A DNA stretch of 64,000 bases from assembly GCA_036389275.1 (NCBI GenBank), contig DASVQE010000052.1, positions 33,680 to 97,679 of the forward strand, in the 5' to 3' direction. The first letter of the stretch is position 1; the number at the start of each line of letters is the position of its first letter. The stretch comes from Thermoanaerobaculia bacterium. Its GTDB lineage: Bacteria > Acidobacteriota > Thermoanaerobaculia > Gp7-AA8. The position numbers and the translations under genes are program-made. The notes below the pieces were generated by a model. That model saw nothing but the letters and a program-made list of their open reading frames with translations. It did no database searches and had not been told where the DNA came from. Below are positions 39,201-43,012 of the stretch, one piece after another.

Positions 39201-42200
39201 CGCGGCGGTACGCCTCCATACACGCTCGCCGCGACCATCAGCGGTCAGAGCGGCTCGCTCGATCTCACGCCGCAACTGCAGGCGGACGGCAGCTTCACCG
39301 CCACGTTCGCGGCGGCGGCGGGAGCGCAGTTCTCGCTCACCGCCACTGACGCCGCGAACGCGAAGGTCGGCCCGATGTTGATCGGCACGATCCCGTCGTA
39401 CGCCGCGCCGTTCTCCATCGACGCCTCGCGCATCACCGTCACGGCGGTCAATGCCACCACCGCGCGCGTGACCGGCACCGCCGGCGCGATCAACGGCGGC
39501 GCGCTCCCGTACACCGTCACCGCCACCGCCGCGGGACAGTCTGCAAACGACGTCTCGGGATACATCCAGACCGACGGTAGCTTCACCTTCACCATCGCCG
39601 CCGCGAGCGGCGTGCAGATCTCGATGTCGGCGACCGACGCCGGCAACCGCGCCGCCGGTCCGGTCGTGGTCGGAACCGTTCCGGCGCCGGCGCTGGCGAT
39701 CGATGCGACGCGCATCAGCGTCACCGCCGTCAGCGAGACGCAGGCGCGCGTGACCGGCACCGCCGGAGCGATCCGCGGCGGCAAGTCGCCGTACGTGCTC
39801 TCCGTCGCCGTCGGCGGCGTGAGCGGCACCACGAACGTCTCCTCGTCGCTGCAGGCGGACGGCAGCTTCACCTTCACCGTCACCGCATCCGTCGGCGCGG
39901 AGATCTCGCTCAGCGTCACCGACGCCGACAACGCGTCAGCCGGACCGGTCATGGTCGGCAAGGTGCCGCAGTACGCGGCGCCGCTCGCCATCAACGGCGG
40001 CCTCGTCACCGTCACCGCCGTCAGCGCAACCACCGCGCGCGTGACCGGCTCGGCCGGCACGATCGCGGGCGGCACCTCTCCGTATGTCGTGATGGCAGGA
40101 GTGACGGAAGTCAGCAGTAGCGTCAATACGTCTTCGTCGCTGCAGCCCGACGGCAGCATCACCTTCACCATCACCGCCGCGGCCGGCCAGCACATCACGC
40201 TCGCCGTCACCGACGGCGCGGGCAACAGCGCCGGTCCGGTCACGGTCGGCCAGGTGCCGGCGTACGTCGCGCCGCCGGCCATCGACGCGTCGCGCATCAC
40301 CGTCTCCGCCGAGAGTGCCGCACTCGCACGCGTCACCGGCACCGCCGGCGCCGTCTCCGGCGGGAAGCCGCCGCTCGCCGTCACGGCGTCGGCCGGCGGC
40401 ACCGCTTCCGACGTCTCCTGGGCGCTGCAGCCCGACGGCAGCTTCACCTTCACCATCGCCGCGAGCGCGGGCGCGCAGATCGCCATGACCGCGAGCGACG
40501 CGGCCGCCGCCACGACCGGCGCGGTCAACGTCGGCACCGTGCCGCTGTTCGTGAGCGAGCTGGCCATCGACGCGAGCGCGCTCACCGTCAGCGGCGACGG
40601 CGCGACGAAGGGCAGCGTCACCGGAAGCGCCGGCGCGGTCCGCGGCGGTCTCGCGCCGCTGCGCGTCGAAGTGCGCAACGGCTCGGCGAGCACCACTGCA
40701 CCGGTCGCCAACGACGGCTCGTTCACGATCACCTTCGACGCCGCGGCCGGCGACGCGCTCACGCTGCGCGCGACCGACGCTTCGTCGCCGGCGAAGACCG
40801 CCGGACCGGTGGCGCTCGATGCGGTGCCGTTCGGCTCCGCCATCGCGTTCACCGCCATCACCGCGGCGCAGACCGACGCAGCGTTCCGCGCGCGCACCCT
40901 TGCCGCGCAGGGAACGGACCTCGTCGTCGCCTCCGCCGCCGACGTCTCGACCGGCGACTCTTCGAAACTCGTGCACTTCGACATCAGCAATCCGTCCGCG
41001 CCGGTGCGCCTGCAGACGCACACCGCCGGCAGCGGCGCGATCTCCGATGTCGCCCTCGTCGGCGCCTACGCGCTGACGACGTCCAACACCTTCACCTCCA
41101 CGAACATCGAGACCGCCGCCTCGACCACCGTCGCCGGCGGCAGCGGCACGCCGCAAGCGGTCGCGGTGAGCGGCACGTACGCGTTCGTCGCCACCGACGG
41201 CGGCGACGGACGGATCCGCGTGTACGACATCACCGATCCCGCCGCGCCGCGCTTCCTGCGCGAACAGGCCACGCTCGCTGCCGGCACCGCCTCGTTCCGC
41301 TCGCTCGTCGCCATCGGCTCCGACCTGCTGGCCGGCATCTCGCCTGACGTGAGCGGCTCGACCGAGCACGACGTCGTGCTGATCGACCGCCGCGACGTGA
41401 ACGATCTCCACGTCCTCACCACCAAGGCCATTCCGCAGCTCTCCGCGATCCGCGCACGCGCCGCCGGCACGCGGCTCTACGTGGCCGGCGCCGAAGGCGG
41501 CATCGCCGTGGTCGACGTCGCGACGCCGTCCGCGCCGTCCGTGAAGCTGCTCGCCACCGGCGGCGTGGCGCGCGGCATCGACGCCGCCGGCAACGTCGTC
41601 GCGGCCGCCACCGGCACCGGCGGCGTCGCGTTCGGCGACACGTCCGCGACTCCCGCGCTCATCGGCACGCAGCGCGTGACCGGCACGGCGTGGGACGTCC
41701 TCTTCCACCGCGGACGTCTCTTCGTCGCGGCGGACAGCGGTCTGGTCGTCGTCGACGGCGTGGCCGCGGCGCCGGCCATCGAGAGCGCGCGCATCGCCGC
41801 TTCCGCTCCGTCGAGCGGCATCGTCACCGTCACCATTCCGTCGAACGCGGTCTCCGGTCACGGGCCGATCGCGCTCGAGCTGCGCAACGGCAGCGGCACC
41901 GCCGTCACCGCGTCGATCGCCTCCGGCGCCTCGAGCTCGCTCACCATCGACGCCGCATCGGGCGAGACGCTGACGCTGACCGCAACCGACATCGCCCATC
42001 GCGTCGCGACCACCACCATCGCCGTGCCGTTCGCCACCGCGGCCACCACCACCGCCACCAGCGCGAAGCAGGCCGGCGACGCGAACTTTGCCGCGCAGCG
42101 CTTCGACGCCGACGGCGCATACACGCTGATCAGCAGCGGCAGCGCGGAGGCGACTGCGTATCACTCGCCGAAGCTGCTGCACCTCGCGCCGGCGCAGACC

Positions 42201-42959
42201 CAGACGCTCACCGCGTCGTCGGACGTGAACGACGTCGTCTGCGACGGCGCCTGGGCGTACGTCGCCTCGAGCTCCTTCAGCACCCTCGATCTCTCGGCGC
42301 TGCCGCTCACGCTGCACGACGTCGCGTCGCCTGCCGGCAAGAACGTCAGCCTGGCCGTCATCGGCGACCATGCATTCGCCGGCGTCGACGGCGGCACCGG
42401 CACGATTCGGGTCTTCGACGTCGCCACGCGCACCGCGCCGCGCTTCCTGCGCGACGAGGCGCTGCTGCCCGGCGTCGTCTTCCGCAAGCTGCTCGTGCTC
42501 GATCCGACGCACCTCGTGGCCATCACCGCCGACAAGACCAGCGGCACCGGCCACGACGTCGTCGTCATCGACGTGAGCAACGTCGACGATCTCTCCGTGA
42601 CGAGCGACTTCGACGTCACCGGCATCGACGCGTTCGAGGGAGCAGTCGGCGGCACCACGCTCTATCTCGCCGGCGGCGAGAGCGGCATCGCCATCGTCGA
42701 TCTCGCCGCGCCTGCAACTCCGGTGAAGCAGGCCTTGCTCGGCACGCCCGGCGTCGCGCACGGCGTGGCGGTCGTCAGCGCGAACGAGATCGCCGTCGCC
42801 GATGGCAACGGCATCACCTTCATCGATGTCGCGGACAAAGCACATCCGCAACTCCTCGGCAGCCAGCGCGCGCCGGGCAACGCCGTCGCCATCCACACCA
42901 CCGCCGGACGCGTGTGGGTCACCACGGAGCATCACCTGTTCGAGATGAATCGTCCGTGA
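15261..42959 (+). CDS. giant secreted modular surface protein (9232 aa): CarboxypepD_reg-like, SbsA Ig-like, Gly-rich beta-helix-like modules, then LVIVD beta-propeller/Ig array. No RHS or toxin module.
   Basis: Signal peptide MIVTWPVRFRKTHLFLLLVLLALWPAAARAQSS. A single uninterrupted 27.7-kb frame with many diverged internal repeats, which excludes a chance ORF. Domain content detailed in the sub-features below. Confidence 0.85.
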   Translation: MIVTWPVRFRKTHLFLLLVLLALWPAAARAQSSDIATDELRISGSGLTLDDVAKVASVNIPTTIQTRFAGLINDQAPEVRDLKAVGELTGPSLTTPLRLETEPGHAFQIPGLALEGDYLLQNVRLMRGDTFVQASAKPSALIKVTTILVADVKITQLTPEQIRARGIVIDATHFDVYQYTLTFYIEGKPVEIPFPVIIDKTSGEITLLSGPDGYGLTNPIPRELPRWEPPSIYAIGWSEDGGEDEPEENEKEPNEDGPTIPAVIVIPNSVGVLHQFFVVSLSVRNNAPAGSAIRLSDITATMLPPPELRVAKTQPAVPFGRPISLTDPNTGATFLIAQAEAKAEWTLEGLRAGTHVFELDLAATYQESPAAPAIPMRAHTRHAITVHDNRFNITFAHPETVRKGIDYSTWSFVTNMSGALQTLHLRSDLHACGGTGTVGNVCRVDDAFANVPSCEAEPGARLCLVDAVNGVMQLVLDPGETRGVEFKLRSGVTGSVYATSGSFDEPLTGSVQLTMGVSESGVPLSPAVLLMPHYARYLDPSFVSDNLQLLGLGYSVATAPINEYSARLPRIIRSDVFTRAVDISRAGQRLYIGEEKREAFTHLALDLLGNGELNQLSEYDALRRRELSGYVAGKALAAQLSAAALPDAASFDRFLSDFGTTTAHRESYLAALVHGAAAAGERPYAIHVKNIATGAALDLPNELATFSRRGTRDIPFGDLSSLTSADKTRTGELALVGAWKGPYELTVKAAAGASFSLDVLLPASVPAKKRLVRFQIDAMPAGDLTLVVDPAAPALTLAGGGRTFTPVSDRELDPAPLRIIGARQDLHLDITGHKVALLFNRPPDESRLPSVRDLFQTKVHFSQGSIAYDGPRPIDAATFQGDGRTVYITHSHALHVNASYTITPKPFRDPLTGQDVSLPALPAAMVNDIPAAIIYGQVLRGDNHPVPGAQVALSTHGDQDPDTQGDETIQYDVASDPDGAYLFECVPRNFGTGNGTYLLWATDSNGKQTSAQGAARLAYVADRVNLVYLGRGRAAGQVRYHTGEPLANRQVVVGSTMFGDARNATTDSTGHFEVGDLPVGPLTFSVSDAAGNFAWAANEIATADSSIVQDLVIYKQPFPGTGTVRVFVKRSDTQQPVPGATVGVLREGVQVGLVTTGADGRAEFTKVPAGFLSILVAEWDVSRQLAAADVELTNDEVEDLTFTLSVSNDPLTTITGTVREADPAFPQDETKAKPVAGAIVEIYGLNPVIAAQDGSFVFTSVPVSKAGAAVRARSPLSGRVATLNVPRLSASETASMPIYIAANAAYGKGTLRVKLLDAAGNPLGGASVFFPGFPLKFFKPVAGQTGSYEMRDLQTNQKYEIVALPPSSMGDQFATAEAEVLFDGQTALVPMRLQGAGKVRVDLKAGDIAAIGRVKIRYAAFDSKAQGVVDKLLELTTDDGSGKAGVAVFAGVPVGAYEVWSEDADLGYANYESTIHYDGEVTDVHLVSRKLAVVRGTVVALDELTPQPNLLVTLDDGVFKYTAVTAEDGTFELRNIPGGIGFRIYVATTVGDTYRVGFIDGRTPESGGLLEGVKIVLKKIGTIRGKVVYKGYKVFDPKDASKNVVDPTPNDLSDNAPVPLASFTLSELEFPNRSFGERTEPRSADLGGNFQLNGIFAGPLRISAWSRENLELTGEWTGAIADEGQTVEAYVGIGAGGAGPLTVRVYDPNHANEPVFNAEVSVFRQFNGESVLFDFTTTDANGVAVFPQLPAEKYLVRAFAKVTGNSGSAEVTVDPIAGGSTDVLLKVSGKVTGVLRDGNSGLGVAAVPVSLYADGYSTRETSDEHGNYEFIGVRQGRFVLDAIDQAFRRARADGEITLAQPAANIDLTLDPIYTLHLKVVYPADDGSPSSVEVPASQVSAKQRCFEYGFTEFTRTVRCDYDRRLQVPGNDFPGLFQDAPVRLSIDEVGGKKRNVRLDSRYPAGSTAEAPLVVTLPASGTVRILVRQAGGSEVANAHVRVFSTAGAFDAYTDASGVALVPGVPLGTFTVTAETVDGTFSVRTGEQELKSQSVTKDLIVTLGAFVTLTGRVIKEDGSGPAVGTHVVASFNTDRVDLITDAEGRYRFVGVKVDSGLVTQVRIEFVGEDDATSGGVLTDTLATGDAGKVKDYGDWRLDATAPRILSIDPADNAQNVSPDAKINIVFSEKVQQGLFEISTADNEAVQFTQTKVEQNGKELYALTPLPPKDNPLPLRSNTLYRVVVKHFADFSGHVLADRAFSFVTADYIAPKVVKVAPAVTQPVQRSTTFVVTFNKAISRAALESGGTTIKLYRTAGLAADAAVLGEVTGTWSLDTPGTGLSFAPADFLLEKSFYRLVLNGVRDTNNNVSEPLRFDYRSFDKDAPFVVIPSPVPAGYPLVAGVGYTIHPELHDGSAAGALADDVSQVDYFVTVDGVAKPPVSLRVAPFDYYFVADPTLTSGTRRITMRAQATDASLNLGEMSAEVSWDVVPNQAPKALGLTLVEPDRAFAGSDVKLLPSFTDEGTFVSLQAHATAQRKDGTTWSGDAAPVEARRDKVDAAWTFKPSYLIVSLPRDVQDGAVVSVTLTATDAAGKTATLNPPFTFTVTADTARPTIHAMSPASDTEFRRDEKYTIQALVSDGESGVAEVTLKAGDFFSVTMHPGEAGVSAGSIPGTLKFVSPQITVVAPNVDTRVPIVATVKDANNNVTTRTIEVIYIGVNDPSAPKGSWQCPVNRAIWPADQPSFAATLSVQASDDIAVTSVQFVVPGLAAPVTATASGNGLYQATVTMTTPNAASMTIKAIVKDSVESHTLELPITIDLVPVERVIDGRVQPVTADNLADYQNRSVMVRGAGAELALHVPVTFANLLVLEGARVYSLPTTTTLERKLTIGITNAMYVDCASKVDHDNGGYLGGWQHENNSSTRNESARGRTVGNVAAGATPLSSASHGGRGGERYQGGTSNGTYGSIFTPADLGSGGAGVADRDYEVGGPGGGAVLITAPTSGAELSRIVIAGAVHADAGTPQGDGRSYYVGSGGSVRIEAKQVYLSPSAIVTANGADGGSIDQTAGGGGGRIAIAATDVLAVSDPLAQLRARGGRSNVGNASASNVDGGAGTVYLRRPGQSFGELFVSGYDEAKPTTTHATLSTPLGSIGRGTATALTASTLTDSSRVFTASSVGEFLSLGNDAAKFYRVTAVSADGHTLTTDGADGNMLSAAGTATPAYSGVLRFDKITFGPRALVDVPGHLAVDTTVDDKNAMTVDGTASIYFATAAPPTAQVAASNTSVGRGGGLPLTFNVGSTAGILRVVARWSNGAEAFTYNGQNNTLISTGAAPTVPADMPVGAGSLILTATDRVGRTATATLAVTVTENAPPVIDQLSVWQSALYAGGMLNVTLSARDDSSVASGTIVVRFGTQNPLSYFVSNAGRQTLLHTINVAVPTTLAVGEAVTIDASVTDGTLTTNAPTKTMLIAADTNPPNVTINSPKANEGFVKTSNAVLPIAVGASDAEVDVNTATARVDNGTAFPLGKAAGGFTGSTALPELGTGGTSSTHTLSVTVYDYAGNFTTKSQTFVVNPLGDPALPYATFSCPTANGAMYPSGVRAKLRVHALGTPSKTFGNGVQKVDFYVDGASAPAATATTAITGASQPVEGDYEVEVTLPTKTQEVVMPIRAVVTNVAGRSQAFDSSLLIVQPHFTISTDTSITPSVTTYEDAVVAVVSPATVTISGAHRFKKLLVLDGAAVVQAPTASPDPPYPAIDLTITDPQGLFVSCGGRIDATGAGFASGATWPGLTPSQLGAGGSHGGEGRSNIGAIASATYGSPFNPNEPGGTAPGGGAGGGIVRIRAPKVTVDGSLLSKGGSLAAGGSIRLDVDTLQGGGAIAADGATSSSSSGGGGRVAIYYTSNMLLPREKITAIGGGTSSSNAGASGTVYYRRVDASGAKVSDELEISSALVFHSAKTTLPALGSGTINAVAGSNVTLSGVATPGVVGEMLDVLESDGTRSASYEIAAQNGATLTLRAPDGLPATLAGKRYRGAYVVDAVTSGYVGWPVVFSDLVRTPRIGASVSSDTPVMFHGGVETTDLQIAGYVQVDGTIRGRSVVLAANARLTHPATDTDNSPIHRLDINLDGSLTVAATAMIDARGKGFTGVLNGVGRTWPNTFTGGASRTARASHGGTGGYDERYSDRAGATYGSAFRPDTPGAANGRSDGQSCQPCTTGGGGVVIIRAADVQVDGAINADGNDGAGGSIQIDARNVTGTGSITAMGYGSGYPSAGGGHIALYVTSLSVPNVSAEGGYYQFTTNPDPWRVGAPGTLLIKYASKSAPLLRVTGRRATTNATRLIGVGSILKADQATGSSVTTNNASFLAPDQLRGIHAIRGNDTSLSWPITANDTKTLQLDASSQALTIAQGDLYRGLYKLDRLEIENARVEVPDLVTYATSDFRANSTLRTGNAAPPAVDRTRITLEQTANGPEVVGSAGAVTDDDQPVRVTLSNGARSLSTAAMVAADGSFRAAVLGLAGDAITLTATDSHLFPMSSEPYVVGTIATSTALPSRISAQSLVSEANFAARSIAAEGAYMLVSNQRLSTSFSDGDKTSAKVAQLSLANPLQPAYVKTIDPQLRGVDQVRIFGGVGYINAGNTAYGINFLDPLAAPGGYFYPAAGPESMLRVIDNYAYSIGPSTYMPQHEIGNLAYPRYIYEDHEHIPGSDILPLGNDYLVLVSPWVYSYDDVNQVDIRIVKRDAHVAKFTKLVIDGFEPYRAAVYGNYIYLTSRTTADLIVVDATDRAAPQVVYRTVTLGPTRGLAISGNRLFLASDPGLQVVSLDDPRAPRVIHSVSTGYAYDVAVSPQAAYVACGSEIVVVPYASAPTLLGGLVTVRRSADGTATVSAPDASVVGSGTISIQARKYGAVAGTTTASSSGSFSMTFNAAAGDPVTIVAVDSAGRESSAVDLAVPFSLTRAFFRADDTKVRNNFQGQHLALGDNMLVLGGGVTRDMVVYDVASRRSPRVVATGSGNFSNVEDAAIASGRIYVASYFEGVMSTTVSGSTLTNALYLPSTPSYVYSVATSPDGYLYASSSTGSECTLTTWDNRAPASPVFIGTSTVARYSEDSYVPTIRRLIPYGNYLLGITGRGRYADDKYATSTRDVFVFDRSDPAHPQKVFTLDIPNFRASGGRLSGSLLYVSDATGKVAVVDMTRPDAPVVKSVVSAPGVPVAVFPRGGQLFVASGAAGLSLFNVNSAGALQYAGSESTRNYVYDVIADPSGVVYLANDSGMAMLDGVPSAPLSIIRGRISLTTDSSTAVTVTGVTEAVFGGTAPLTVEVRNVATNVTAQVTANADGSFSAPIAATQGNELTARVIDSAAASAGPVSLGTVPQYVARLAVHLDRITLTAGTAMRAIVTGSAGAITGEGTMTVELRNVTANTVTSNIPIEADGSFLAVINAAIGSSVTIKATNSRGEIDGPYSLGQVSAIEQSIDLAAVSGDATFRAHQVAAAGTLLAVAGRSDQTSYDRVLRFDLSSGSPVFLSAVNAGTGGIFDIGVADGRIFVAGNTGMTVINANGTTGIATSTAAMASLFIRASNNVLASSTNAPLTSYFVGTQTLSAQSIWSSFPVTSPVRFSDMALIPGTTSIAAVSPTFANREHDVVIIDLVAGSTPSLRADLAISGFTPWRVYATAKKLYVAAAPPETRVAVIDVTNLNAPFVESYITLSGAMRAISGSGTTGFVATQSTALTFLDLASKSVASSRTLPTQVYEALPFGNNLYVAASERLIVMRDIVVNGASIDIKKITVAPGAAGQAVVTGTASSVRGEPLLQLELVNSATNGKLVFRPRTDGSFTATIAADAGQLLTLKVTDAAGSVAGPLGIGALPLVPATVVPLPADAGFTPRTVSVDGNQLVVADRASQGGTSSSIAVYDVTSGTPSITGVYNVAPSAIEDVVVRKGYVYLTSKSGLTVVNLASPNGTRGQYNMGDSGPIVSNGTWTWANRAQDAAIYNTSNPLAPTNYTTDWIEYNRTATDLMLLQDRYLVATFLNGTSNADVFVYDIGRSIGPNFGRVGGITINDLKPTRGRIVGNRLYLGGTNGGAVVDLSVPMMPRLVQRFTAPANQAMVGNGSFAALAAGDRGLLLYDGAPSALTFTGTQHNGVAVHDVTLAGTRLYAAGDGGVVFVDNIAPLLTAAKIAASVSGNSITVTGAAGAAAGQAPLQAILTRSDAAKTTTSITVAADGSFSLQATGNPGEVFTLAVTDARGRTTDEIVVGGITILNSTTIDVKAAGGALPRRLALDGTRLLVSNSVLPAGGKPNTPLSLYDITNASAPALLRNITLSAQQADVMDIEIRGNRAYVGGADSLTILDLDSGNVLGSNLNILPVVSVLPVNDQVLITALSGFGVIGWNIVNPASMTNVNNNGGIGFLATDLVKIDDTHFAAVAPERVNGNVDVMFFQVGNNSFSWVGSLRIDDFAAYRAKVAGKQLYVTGVDGGVAVVDFTTMATPSLVKVFPANASFALATAAGNVVVANGDRGISMLDGLPAEARQSGASLVTMSPVWDVVTNGSTFYAASDRGLSIIEQFIVTIDEKKISLSSDGTTATVRGEAGAVSGTPPLTVTVLRSAAPSQPVVVTANADGSFVATFPSVAGDAISASVADQRGHSAGPVTVGRISDATLLHITEAMADANFKAGLVRVRGNKLYVSGDASRDIGTSDKIVVFDITNPRQPVYERTLASGDADGVSGMTFGRDDTLLVGAGGLRVYDLSSSAAAPAYSDGNGGTAPRLYVRPGRSDHFYGVGGDPGHQYSYITIGEASEPLNPRGLNTLAWRWGIDHKALLTFGNYLIAVGNGYPATPARAFVEILKRNDVDQWPDTLMQSIELPNVRAGGARIDGTTLLVADALSGHLVAIDLSDPKNPSPAIRTIAVDTPAVGFIADAGKESILLMPGDGITIGSLSADGSSFVRRESHFIEGPLADVAWTGNYAYIANGDSVAITPLAAPPSVDMTRFTVSEVSGGKASITAGANAVAGAQPISVEVRDRVTGDAATVTARADGSLPPVSLTAKAFDTIVVTATDAHNLVTTTDVGQVPIAPVAYTVTPQSVHDNWWLAQTVTGAGDRVVVTGDWSDEALYYDTSHPESPELIGTRADGTYQSQTFMSGGRVWGVDYSVIQAGSLDPNVEPVIPWTEGAWGFRSATIGGRFAFVAGWQPDIAVWDFADPAAPQYLGKQTPVANVRFRRLFAIGSDYLIGITESAYDVGYELVVLDRRNAEEIKYVGRLELPQLVADDGFLQGNLLYVAGGEGLAVIDVSDPRALRLRGFVAGSGVGRVRGMDLAGSLLAVAATSGGVAFYDVSNPDTPKYVGAQSTTGYADGVHFSGDSLWVAQVNNVAVYRGLDIAPGIDLSNIHVAAQSDGTVRMTGDAGAVSGVAPLSVSIRNTSSSRSGSATAASDGSFTISLASSGSGTLSITVSGANGRSTTASLGAEPVYGVSIAGALVKVTTDGGTLAVVTGAPGAIAGPAPFTGILGNLATGASSSRFSINDDGSFVATITAAPGAAITLTARGATGPDAGPLFVGTTPWTNVMTRVEPPGLVNFFLTDMQVSGKLGVVRASPYSQWDYGTELLAFDMTDPHAPQFLRGATLNSTIYDFAIKPPYVYVSTNEGKFYVVDMSAATPTPVELGSGSSYAFSALTVSGNTLFASEAWTGNRIRVFDITNPMAPVAGALTTVTPNATAISDLVTYGSDYLVAAVNSGTQNVCVIDRRNLAALQVVGSATISNTYLYDLALAGSTAYVKTADSVARVDLTNVAAPVARYDGTSIPGSARLGVSPSGSTVTVPSMGNSLAFVNPATLQPTTERTAVPVYDTFLSSDSLIYIATKGGLAVLERVVASPVLTRSMMSLTAPTASTARVTGQAGAVRGNAPFTGQLVNTTTGTTATLSIAADGSFDATIAAAAGNTIEVRVTDRDAKNGVVSLGVVPSFVQPLTLDKVHITLAAISASQATVTGTAGAVRGGTPPYTLAATISGQSGSLDLTPQLQADGSFTATFAAAAGAQFSLTATDAANAKVGPMLIGTIPSYAAPFSIDASRITVTAVNATTARVTGTAGAINGGALPYTVTATAAGQSANDVSGYIQTDGSFTFTIAAASGVQISMSATDAGNRAAGPVVVGTVPAPALAIDATRISVTAVSETQARVTGTAGAIRGGKSPYVLSVAVGGVSGTTNVSSSLQADGSFTFTVTASVGAEISLSVTDADNASAGPVMVGKVPQYAAPLAINGGLVTVTAVSATTARVTGSAGTIAGGTSPYVVMAGVTEVSSSVNTSSSLQPDGSITFTITAAAGQHITLAVTDGAGNSAGPVTVGQVPAYVAPPAIDASRITVSAESAALARVTGTAGAVSGGKPPLAVTASAGGTASDVSWALQPDGSFTFTIAASAGAQIAMTASDAAAATTGAVNVGTVPLFVSELAIDASALTVSGDGATKGSVTGSAGAVRGGLAPLRVEVRNGSASTTAPVANDGSFTITFDAAAGDALTLRATDASSPAKTAGPVALDAVPFGSAIAFTAITAAQTDAAFRARTLAAQGTDLVVASAADVSTGDSSKLVHFDISNPSAPVRLQTHTAGSGAISDVALVGAYALTTSNTFTSTNIETAASTTVAGGSGTPQAVAVSGTYAFVATDGGDGRIRVYDITDPAAPRFLREQATLAAGTASFRSLVAIGSDLLAGISPDVSGSTEHDVVLIDRRDVNDLHVLTTKAIPQLSAIRARAAGTRLYVAGAEGGIAVVDVATPSAPSVKLLATGGVARGIDAAGNVVAAATGTGGVAFGDTSATPALIGTQRVTGTAWDVLFHRGRLFVAADSGLVVVDGVAAAPAIESARIAASAPSSGIVTVTIPSNAVSGHGPIALELRNGSGTAVTASIASGASSSLTIDAASGETLTLTATDIAHRVATTTIAVPFATAATTTATSAKQAGDANFAAQRFDADGAYTLISSGSAEATAYHSPKLLHLAPAQTQTLTASSDVNDVVCDGAWAYVASSSFSTLDLSALPLTLHDVASPAGKNVSLAVIGDHAFAGVDGGTGTIRVFDVATRTAPRFLRDEALLPGVVFRKLLVLDPTHLVAITADKTSGTGHDVVVIDVSNVDDLSVTSDFDVTGIDAFEGAVGGTTLYLAGGESGIAIVDLAAPATPVKQALLGTPGVAHGVAVVSANEIAVADGNGITFIDVADKAHPQLLGSQRAPGNAVAIHTTAGRVWVTTEHHLFEMNRP
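18050..21650 (+). repeat. cluster of carboxypeptidase-regulatory-like (transthyretin-like beta-sandwich) domains in the 9232-aa protein
   Basis: Repeated units such as IIYGQVLRGDNHPVPGAQVALSTHGD...DGAYLFECVPRNFGTGNGTYLLWATD, then GQVRYHTGEPLANRQVVVGSTMFGDARNATTDSTGHFEVGDLPVGPLTFSVSD, then GTVRVFVKRSDTQQPVPGATVGVLREGVQVGLVTTGADGRAEFTKVPAGFLSI, then ITGTVREADPAF...VAGAIVEIYGLNPVIAAQDGSFVFTSVPVS, then GVLRDGNSGLGVAAVPVSLYADGYSTRETSDEHGNYEFIGVRQGRFVLDA. Confidence 0.65.
21720..22390 (+). other. two SbsA-type Ig-like (Big_5-like) domains
   Basis: APRILSIDPADNAQNVSPDAKINIVFSEKVQQGLFEISTADNEAVQFTQTKVEQNGKELYALTPLPPKDNPLPLRSNTLYRVVVKHFADFSGHVLADRAFSFVTAD and APKVVKVAPAVTQPVQRSTTFVVTFNKAISRAALESGGTTIKLYRTAG...YRLVLNGVRDTNNNVSEPLRFDYRSFD. 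The pattern P.dga.nV..d..i.i.FsepV...s...i.l, then t...Y.v.v...v.D..GN, is typical of SbsA Ig-like domains. Confidence 0.65.
23960..28200 (+). repeat. three copies of a ~180-aa Gly-rich module (predicted parallel beta-helix/beta-solenoid), at about 23960-24650, 26545-27050 and 27645-28200
   Basis: Shared motifs across the three copies: SHGG.GG, then 6-12 residues, then (A)TYGS.F.P, then GGGG(A/V)V(L/I)I.A, then GGSI(R/Q)(I/L)(D/E), then GGGG(R/H)(I/V)A(I/L)(A/Y), then GA.GTVY(L/Y)RR or GAPGTLLIKY. For example copy 1 has ASHGGRGGERYQGGTSNGTYGSIFTP, then GGGGRIAIAATD, then GGAGTVYLRRPG. Confidence 0.7.
28900..42959 (+). repeat. array of LVIVD-repeat beta-propeller units interleaved with ~95-aa Ig-like domains (at least 12 propeller/Ig beads)
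   Basis: Numerous LVIVD signatures, for example ADLIVVDATDRAAPQVV, GLQVVSLDDPRAPRV, KVAVVDMTRPDAPVV, GLAVIDVSDPRALRL, GGVAFYDVSNPDTPKYV, NVCVIDRRNLAALQVV, GIAVVDVATPSAPSV and GIAIVDLAAPATPV. They alternate with Ig-like domains of the form R(I/L)T(V/L)TA.....A.VTG.AGA(V/I).G......V..R.......(I/L).....DGSF.(A/F)(T/V)(I/F)AA..G...(T/S)(L/A)..TD......GP..(L/V)G.VP. Confidence 0.8.
38850..40830 (+). repeat. seven directly tandem Ig-like domain repeats (about 288-bp period) in the 9232-aa gene
   Basis: Unit boundaries near 39100, 39390, 39680, 39965, 40255, 40540 and 40825. The DNA motif cag.c.gacgg(c/t)agc(t/a)tcaccttcacc(a/g)tc.ccgc recurs about every 290 bp (39570, 39860, 40150, 40440). Copies are diverged, roughly three-quarters identical at DNA level by eye. 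Confidence 0.75.
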
Positions 42960-43012
42960 GCGCGCGCGCTCACTGAGTCCGTTTTCGGTCCCGTAGTCGA
43001 AAGGAATATCGC

